A stretch of DNA of 64,000 bases, from positions 4,030,001 through 4,094,000 of the forward strand of contig OZ176058.1 in the NCBI GenBank assembly GCA_964247055.1, written 5' to 3'. Position 1 is the stretch's first letter. Each line of letters opens with the position of its first letter. The translations under genes and the position numbers were made by a program. Below, in pieces: positions 56,001 to 64,000 of the stretch. Source of the stretch: Paragordius varius (lineage: Eukaryota; Animalia; Nematomorpha). A model generated the notes under the pieces. It was not told where the DNA came from, did no database searches, and saw only the letters and a program-made list of their open reading frames with translations.

Positions 56001-59000
56001 AATAGCTTTTAGTGTTTCCAACAATCAAACATATATTTTCAACAATCAAATAATTTTTCAAACAATAATGTTGCCCAATAGCTTTTTAGTATTTCCAACA
56101 ATCAAACATATATTTTCAACAATCAAATAATTTTTCCAACAATCAAATTATGTTGTCTTTTAACTTTTTAGTGTTTCCAACAATCAATCATACATTTTCG
56201 ACAATCAAATAATTTCTCCAACAATCAAAATATGTTGCCCAATAGTTTTTTAGTGTTTCCAACAATTAAATAATTTTTTCAACAATCAAATTATGTTGTC
56301 TTTTAACTTTTTAGTGTTTTCAACAATCAAACATATATTTTCAACAATCAAATAATTATCCAACAATAAATATGTTGCCCAATAGTTTTTTAGTGTTTCC
56401 AACAATTAAATAATTTTTTCAACAATCAAATTATGTTGTCTTTTAACTTTTTAGTGTTTTCAACAATCAAACATATATTTTCAACAATCAAATCATTTTT
56501 CCAACAATCAAATTATGTTGAATAGCTTTTAGTGTTTCCAACAATCAAACATATATTTTCAAAATCAAATATTTTGCAACAATTAAATTATGTTTTTTAA
56601 CTTTTTAGTGTTTCCAACAATCAAACATATCTTTTCAATAATCAAATAATTTTTCCAACAATCAAATTATGTTGTCTTTTAACTTTTTAGTGTTTCCAAC
56701 AATCAATCATATATTTTAACATTCAAATTAATTTCTCCAACAATAAATATGATGCCCAATAGCTTTTTAGTATTTCCGATTTCCAACAATCAAAATTTGA
56801 TTTCTTTTAACTTTTTAGTGTTTCCAACAATCAAATATATATTTTCGACAATCAAATAATTTCTCCAACAATCAAAATATGTTGCCCAATAGTTTTTTAA
56901 TACTTCCAACAAGCAAATAATTTTTCCAACAATCAAATTATGTTGTCTTTTAACTTTTTAGTGTTTTCAACAATCAAACATATATTTTCAACAATCAAAT
57001 AATTTTAAAACAATAAATATGTTGCCCAATAGTTTTTTAGTGTTTCCAACAATTAAATAATTTTTTCAACAATCAAATAATTTTTCCAACAATCAAATTA
57101 TGTTGAATAGCTTTTAGTGTTTCCAACAATCAAACATATATTTTCAAAATCAAATATTTTGCAACAATTAAATTATGTTTTTTAACTCTTTAGTGTTTCC
57201 AACAATCAAACATATATTTTCAATAATCAAATAATTTTTCCAACAATCAAATTATATTGTCTTTTAACTTTTTAGTGTTTCCAACAATTACACATATATT
57301 TTCAACAATCAAATAATTTTTACAACAATCAAATTATGTTGAATAGCTTTTAGTGTTTCCAACAATCAAACATATATTTTCAACAATCAAATAATTTTTC
57401 CAACAATCAAAATATGTTTTCTTTAAACTTTTTAGTGTTTCCAACAATTACACATATATTTTCAACAATCAAATAATTTTTACAACAATCAAAATATGTT
57501 GCCCAATAGTTTTTTAGTGTTTCCAACAATCAAACATATTTTTTCAACAATCAAATAATTTTTCAAACAATCAAAATATGTTGCCCCATAGCTTTTTAGT
57601 ATTTCCAACAATCAAACATATATTTTCAACAATCAAATAATTTTTCCAACAATCAAAATATGTTTTCTTTAAACTTTTTAGTGTTTCCAACAATTACACA
57701 TATATTTTCAACAATCAAATAATTTTTACAACAATCAAAATATGTTGCCCAATAGCTTTTTAGTATTTCCAACAATCAAACATATATTTTCAACAATCAA
57801 ATAATTTTTCCAACAATCAAAATATGTTTTCTTTAAACTTTTTAGTGTTTCCAACAATTACACATATATTTTCAACAATCAAATAATTTTTACAACAATC
57901 AAAATATGTTGCCCAATAGTTTTTTAGTGTTTCCAACAATCAAACATATTTTTTCAACAATCAAATAATTTTTCAAACAATCAAAATATGTTGCCCCATA
58001 GCTTTTTAGTATTTCCAACAATCAAACATATATTTTCAACAATCAAATAATTTTTCCAACAATCAAAATATGTTGCCCAATAGATTTTTAGTATTTCCAA
58101 CAATCAAACATATATTTTCAACAATCAAATAATTTTTCCAACAATCAATATGTTTTCTTTTAACTTTTTAGTTTTTCCAACAATCAAACATATATTTTCA
58201 ACAATCAAAAATTTTTTTAACAATCAAAATATGTTGCCCAATAGCTTTTTAGTATTTCCAAAAATCAAATAATTTTTCCAACAATCAAAATATGTTTTCT
58301 TTTAACTTTTTAATGTTTCCAACAATCAAACATATATTTACAACAATCAAATAATTTTTCCAACAATCAAAATATGTTGCCCAATAGTCTTTTAGTGTTT
58401 CCAACAATTAAATAATTTTTTCAACAATCAAATTATGTTGTCTTTTAACTTTTTAGGGTTTCCAACAATCAAACATATATTAATCAAATAATTTTTTCAA
58501 CAATCAAATAATTTTTTTAACAATCAAAATATGTTTCCCAATAGTTTTTTAGTGTTTCCAACAATCAAACATATTTTTTCAACAATCAAATAATTTTTCA
58601 AAAAATCAAAATATGTTGCCCAATAGCTTTTTAGTGTTTTCAACAATCAAACATATATTTTCAACAATCATATAATTTATTCAACAATCAAATTATGTCG
58701 TCTTTACACTATTTAGTGTTTCCAACAATCAAACATATATTTTCAACAATTAAATAATTTTAACAATCAAAATATGTTTTCTTTTAACTTTTTAGTGTTT
58801 CCAACAATCAATCATATATTTTTAACAATCAAATAATTTTTTTAACAATCAAAATATGTTGCCCAATAGCTTTTTAGTATTTCCAACAATCAAATAATTT
58901 TTCCAACACAAAATATGTTTTCTTTTAACTTTTTAGTGTTTCCAACAATCAAACATATATTTTCAACAATCAAATAATTTTCCAACAATAAATATGTTGC

Positions 59001-60350
59001 CCAATAGTTTTTTACTGTTTCCAACAATTAAATAATTTTTTCAACAATCAAATTATGTTGTCTTTTAACTTTTTAGTGTTTCCAACAATCAATCATATAT
59101 TTTCAACAATCAAATAATTTCTCCAACAATCAAAATATGATGCCCAATAACTTTTTAGTATTTCCAACAATCAAAATATGTTTTCTTTTAACTTTTTAGT
59201 GTTTCCAACAATCAAACATATATTTTCAACAATCAAATAATTTTTCAAACAATCAAAATATGTTGCCCAATAGCTTTTTAGTATTTCCAACAATCAAACA
59301 TATATTTTCAACAATCAAATAATTTTTCCAACAATCAAAATATGTTGCCCAATAGCTTTTTAGTACTTCCAACAATCAAATAATTTTTCCAACAATCAAA
59401 ATATGTTTTTTTTTAACTTTTTAGTGTTTCCAACAATCAAACATATATTTTCAACAATCAAATAATTTTTTTAACAATCAAAATATGTTGCCCAATAGCT
59501 TTTTAGTATTTCCAACAATCAAATAATTTTTCCAACCAAAAAATGTTTTCTTTTAACTTTTTAGTATTTCCAACAATCAAACATATATTTTCAACAATCA
59601 AATAATTTTTTTAACAATCAAAATATTTGCCCAATAGCTTTTAGTGTTTCCAACAATCAAACATATATTTTCAACAATCAAATAATTTTTCAAACAATAA
59701 TGTTGCCCAATAGCTTTTTAGTATTTCCAACAATCAAACATATATTTTCAACAATCAAATAATTTTTCCAACAATCAAATTATGTTGTCTTTTAACTTTT
59801 TAGTGTTTCCAACAATCAATCATACATTTTCGACAATCAAATAATTTCTCCAACAATCAAAATATGTTGCCCAATAGTTTTTTAGTGTTTCCAACAATTA
59901 AATAATTTTTTCAACAATCAAATTATGTTGTCTTTTAACTTTTTAGTGTTTTCAACAATCAAACATATATTTTCAACAATCAAATCATTTTTCCAACAAT
60001 CAAATTATGTTGAATAGCTTTTAGTGTTTCCAACAATCAAACATATATTTTCAAAATCAAATATTTTGCAACAATTAAATTATGTTTTTTAACTTTTTAG
60101 TGTTTCCAACAATCAAACATATCTTTTCAATAATCAAATAATTTTTCCAACAATCAAATTATGTTGTCTTTTAACTTTTTAGTGTTTCCAACAATCAATC
60201 ATATATTTTAACATTCAAATTAATTTCTCCAACAATAAATATGATGCCCAATAGCTTTTTAGTATTTCCGATTTCCAACAATCAAAATTTGATTTCTTTT
60301 AACTTTTTAGTGTTTCCAACAATCAAACATATATTTTCAACAATCAAATA
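44100..60350 (+). repeat. Larger ~3.6-3.7-kb higher-order repeat with long-range copies at 4514, 7157/7160 and 3632 bp
   Basis: Offset 4514: 44395/48909, 45241/49755, 45127/49641. Offset 7157-7160: 48909/56066, 49755/56912, 50423/57583, 51537/58697, 51979/59139. Offset 3632: 55507/59139, 55733/59365, 56066/59698. Confidence 0.85.
50325..55641 (+). repeat. Three near-identical tandem copies of a 1764-bp higher-order repeat; a fourth copy at ~46490-48380
   Basis: Step 1764 for GTCGTC (51537, 53301, 55065), AGGG (51296, 53060, 54824), GATGCCCAATAAC (51979, 53743, 55507; also 46483/48247) and GCCCCATAG (50423/52187/53951). Spot-checked lines of 46681-48360 match 53941-55620 (offset 7260) with one mismatch noticed. 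Confidence 0.92.
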
Positions 60351-60359
60351 ATTTTTCCA

Positions 60360-63300
60360 ACAATCAAATATGTTGCCCAATAGCTTTTTAGTATTTCCAA
60401 CAATCAAACATATATTTTCAACAATCAAATAATTTTTCCAACAATCAAAATATGTTTTCTAATAACTTTTTAGTGTTTCCAACAATCAAACATATATTTT
60501 CAACAATCAAATAATTTTTCAAACAATCAAAATATGTTGCCCAATAACTTTTTAGTGTTTCCAACAATCAAACATATATTTTCAACAATCAAATAATTTT
60601 TCAAACAATCAAAATATGTTGCCCAATAGCTTTTTGATATTTCCAACAATCAAACATATATTTTCAACAATCAAATAATTTTTCCAACAATCAAAATATG
60701 TTGCCCAATAGCTTTTTAGTACTTCCAACAATCAAATAATTTTTCCAACAATCAAAATATGTTTTCTTTTAACTTTTTAGTGTTTCCAACAATCAAACAT
60801 ATATTTTCAACAATCAAATAATTTTTTTAACAATCAAAATATGTTGCCCAATAGCTTTTTAGTATTTCCAACAATCATATAATTTTTACGACAATCAAAA
60901 TATGTTTTCTTTTAACTTTTTAGTGTTTCCAACAATCAAACATATATATTCAACAATCAAATAATTTTTTTAATAATCAAAATATGTTCCTCAATAACTT
61001 TTTAGTGTTTCCAACAATCAAACATATATTTTCAACAATCAAATAATTTTTCAAACAAACAAAATATGTTGCCCAATAGCTTTTTAGTATTTCCAACAAT
61101 CAAACATATATTTTCAACAATCAAATAATTTCTCCAACAATCAAAATATGATGCCCAATAACTTTTTAGTGTTTCCAACAATGAAACATATATTTTCAAC
61201 AATCAAATAATTTTTCAAACAATCAAAATATGTTGCCCAATAGCTTTTTAGTGTTTCCAACAATCAAACATATATTTTCAACAATCAAATAATTTTTCAA
61301 ACAATCAAAATATGTTGCCCAATAGCTTTTTAGTATTTCCAACAATCAAACATATATTTTCAACAATCAAATAATTTTTCCAACAATCAAAATATGTTGC
61401 CCAATAGCTTTTTAGTACTTCCAACAAGCAAATAATTTTTCCAACAATCAAAATATGTTTTCTTTTAACTTTTTAGTGTTTCCAACAAACAAACATATAT
61501 TTTCAACAATCAAATAATTTTTTTAACAATCAAAATATGTTGCCCAATAGCTTTTTAGTATTTCCAACAATCATATAATTTTTACGACAATCAAAATATG
61601 TTTTCTTTTAACTTTTTAGTGTTTCCAACAATCAAACATATATATTCAACAATCAAATAATTTTTTTAATAATCAAAATATGTTGCTCAATAACTTTTTA
61701 GTGTTTCCAACAATCAAACATATATTTTCAACAATCAAATAATTTTTCAAACAAACAAAATATGTTGCCCAATAGCTTTTTAGTATTTCCAACAATCAAA
61801 CATATATTTTCAACAATCAAATAATTTTTCCAACAATCAAATTATGTTGTCTTTTAACTTTTTAGTGTTTTCAACAATCAATCATATATTTTCAACAATC
61901 AAATAATTTCTCCAACAATCAAAATATGATGCCCAATAACTTTTTAGTGTTTCCAACAATGAAACATATATTTTCAACAATCAAATAATTTTTTTAACAA
62001 TCAAAATATGTTGCCCAATAGCTTTTTAGTATTTCCAACAATCAAATAATTTTTTCAACAATCAAAATATGTTTTCTTTTAACTTTTTAGTGTCTCCAAC
62101 AATCAAACATATATTTTCAACAATCAAATAAATTTTCCAACAATAAAAATATGTTGCCCAATAGCTTTTTAGTATTTCCAACAATCAAAATATGTTTTCT
62201 TTTAACTTTTTAGTGTTTCCAACAATCAAACATATATTTTCAACAATCAAATAATTTTTACAACAATCAAAATATGTTGCCCAATAGCTTTTTAGTGTTT
62301 CCAACAATCAAACATATATTTTCAACAATCAAATAATTTTTCAAACAATCAAAATATGTTTTCTTTAAACTTTTTAGTGTTTCCAACAATAACACATATA
62401 TTTTCAACAATCAAATAATTTTTACAACAATCAAAATATGTTGCCCAATAGTTATTTAGTGTTTCCAACAATCAAACATATTTTTTCAACAATCAAATAA
62501 TTTTTCGAACAATCAAAATATGTTGCCCCATAGCTTTTTAGTATTTCCAACAATCAAACATATATTTTCAACAATCAAATAATTTTTCCAACAATCAAAA
62601 TATGTTGCCCAATAGATTTTTAGTATTTCCAACAATCAAACATATATTTTCAACAATCAAATAATTTTTCCAACAATCAATATGTTTTCTTTTAACTTTT
62701 TAGTTTTTCCAACAATCAAACATATATTTTCAACAATCAAATAATTTTTTTAACAATCAAAATATGTTGCCCAATAGCTTTTTAGTATTTCCAACAATCA
62801 AATAATTTTTCCAACAATCAAAATATGTTTTCTTTTAACTTTTTAGTGTTTCCAACAATCAAACATATATTTACAACAATCAAATAATTTTTCCAACAAT
62901 CAAAATATGTTGCCCAATAGTTTTTTAGTGTTTCCAACAATTAAATTATTTTTTCAACAATCGAATTATGTTGTCTTTTAACTTTTTAGGGTTTCCAACA
63001 ATCAAACATATATTTTCAACAATCAAATAATTTTTTCAACAATCAAATATTTTTTTTAACAATCAAAATATGTTTCCCAATAGTTTTTTAGTGTTTCCAA
63101 CAATCAAACATATTTTTTCAACAATCAAATAATTTTTCAAAAAATAAAAATATGTTGCCCAATAGCTTTTTAGTGTTTCCAACAATCAAACATATATTTT
63201 CAACAATCATATAATTTATTCAACAATCAAATTATGTCGTCTTTACACTATTTAGTGTTTCCAACAATCAAACATATATTTTCAACAATCAAATAATTTT

Positions 63301-64000
63301 AACAATCAAAATATGTTTTCTTTTAACTTTTTAGTGTTTCCAACAATCAATCATATATTTTTAACAATCAAATAATTTTTTTAACACTCAAAATATGTTG
63401 CCCAATAGCTTTTTAGTATTTCCAACAATCAAATAATTTTTCCAACACAAAATATGTTTTCTTTTAACTTTTTAGTGTTTCCAACAATCAAACATATATT
63501 TTCAACAATCAAATAATTTTCCAACAATAAATATGTTGCCCAATAGTTTTTTACTGTTTCCAACAATTAAATAATTTTTTCAACAATCAAATTATGTTGT
63601 CTTTTAACTTTTTAGTGTTTCCAACAATCAAACATATATTTTCAACAATCAAATAATTTTTCCAACAATCAAATATGTTGCCCAATAGCTTTTTAGTATT
63701 TCCAACAATCAAACATATATTTTCAACAATCAAATAATTTTTCCAACAATCAAAATATGTTTTCTAATAACTTTTTAGTGTTTCCAACAATCAAACATAT
63801 ATTTTCAACAATCAAATAATTTTTCAAAATCAAAATATGTTGCCCAATAATTTTTAGTGTTTCCAACAATCAAACATATATTTTCAACAATCAAATAATT
63901 TTTCAAACAATCAAAATATGTTGCCCAATAGCTTTTTAATATTTCCAACAATCAAACATATATTTTCAACAATCAAATAATTTTTCCAACAATCAAATTA
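60360..64000 (+). repeat. Far-right, more heterogeneous zone with 696-bp and 3305-bp duplications
   Basis: New variants TTTCTAATAAC (tatg at 60451/63756, offset 3305), TTTTTACGACAATC (60888/61584, offset 696), CTCAATAAC and TTTTGATATTT. AGTACTTCC at 60721/61417 also gives offset 696. Confidence 0.8.

Larger units (their letters stand above)
32400..60350 (+). repeat. Right variant domain of the satellite
   Basis: GCCCCATAGC first appears at 32961 and recurs 24 times to 57993 (once more at 62525). It travels with CAATTACACAT, TTCTTTAAAC and TAGATTTTTAG, and from 39 kb with TTAGGGTTTCC and GTCGTCTTTACAC. I did not see these before ~32 kb. Confidence 0.85.
1..64000 (+). repeat. AT-rich tandem satellite array, 82-bp monomer (roughly 780 monomer-equivalents), single orientation, running off both window ends
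   Basis: The decamer CAACAATCAA recurs every 20-41 bp along the whole window. Example monomer 65-146: A 65-85, B 86-105, C 106-146. I saw no array-orientation reversal (TTGATTGTTG) on the + strand and no non-repeat interval. Confidence 0.99.

Noticed and set aside
1-64000. CRISPR-like pattern (constant CAACAATCAA separated by variable segments)
   Set aside because: The intervening segments are only 10-31 bp and are a few recurring alleles, not unique spacers. There is no leader and no cas gene.
1-64000. Telomerase-type repeat (G-rich minus strand, TTGATTGTTGG)
   Set aside because: The motif is embedded in a complex 82-bp unit with SNP-bearing higher-order structure and matches no telomere motif I recognise. 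A subtelomeric location cannot be excluded without chromosome context.
1-64000. CENP-B box or assignment to a named satellite family or species
   Set aside because: I saw no TTCG....A..CGGG motif, and the consensus lacks CpG. I do not recognise the monomer with confidence; a BLAST, Repbase/Dfam or PlantSat search would be needed.
1-64000. Transposon, MITE, rDNA spacer, tRNA or other embedded unique element
   Set aside because: Every stretch I read parses into A/B/C subrepeats or simple derivatives. There are no terminal repeats with target-site duplications and no non-repeat insert.
1-64000. Whole array as a sequencing or assembly artefact (concatemer or collapsed repeat)
   Set aside because: Copies carry nested, position-specific SNPs and indels consistent with stepwise evolution. 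Single-base T-run length differences and the copy number of the 1764-bp triplet could still be technical.
1-64000. Promoter, terminator or polyadenylation-like motifs (TATA-like, AATAAA, T-runs)
   Set aside because: Expected by chance in ~77% AT repeat DNA, with no associated transcription unit.

Overview
The whole 64-kb window is one uninterrupted, head-to-tail, AT-rich tandem satellite array (about 21-24% GC, from the consensus monomers). I see no unique sequence, gene, RNA gene, transposon or strand inversion. The basic monomer is 82 bp, built from ~20-21-bp subrepeats: A = CAACAATCAAACATATATTTT (21 bp), B = CAACAATCAAATAATTTTTC (20 bp) and C = CAACAATCAAAATATGTTGCCCAATAGCTTTTTAGTATTTC (41 bp). 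C also occurs as ...AATATGTTTTCTTTTAACTTTTTAGTGTTTC and ...ATTATGTTGTCTTTTAACTTTTTAGTGTTTC. Monomers gain or lose whole subrepeats (41, 61, 82, 103, 123 bp). Tracking rare variants by eye shows nested higher-order duplications (283, 384, 410, 696, 722, 965/970, 1056, 1154, 1764, 2124, 2216, ~2610-2690, 2973, 3305, ~3630, 6154, ~7160, ~9200, 11221 bp). It also shows variant domains: left (~1-30 kb), a mixed transition (~30-42 kb), right (~32-60 kb) and a more diverged far-right zone (~60-64 kb). This organisation is typical of eukaryotic centromeric, pericentromeric or subtelomeric satellite DNA. I cannot name the organism or satellite family. The nine minus-strand ORFs are by-products of the repeat. 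I found no evidence of a new protein-coding or prokaryotic system; the interest is in repeat architecture. Coordinates were read manually, so block boundaries may be off by tens of bases.
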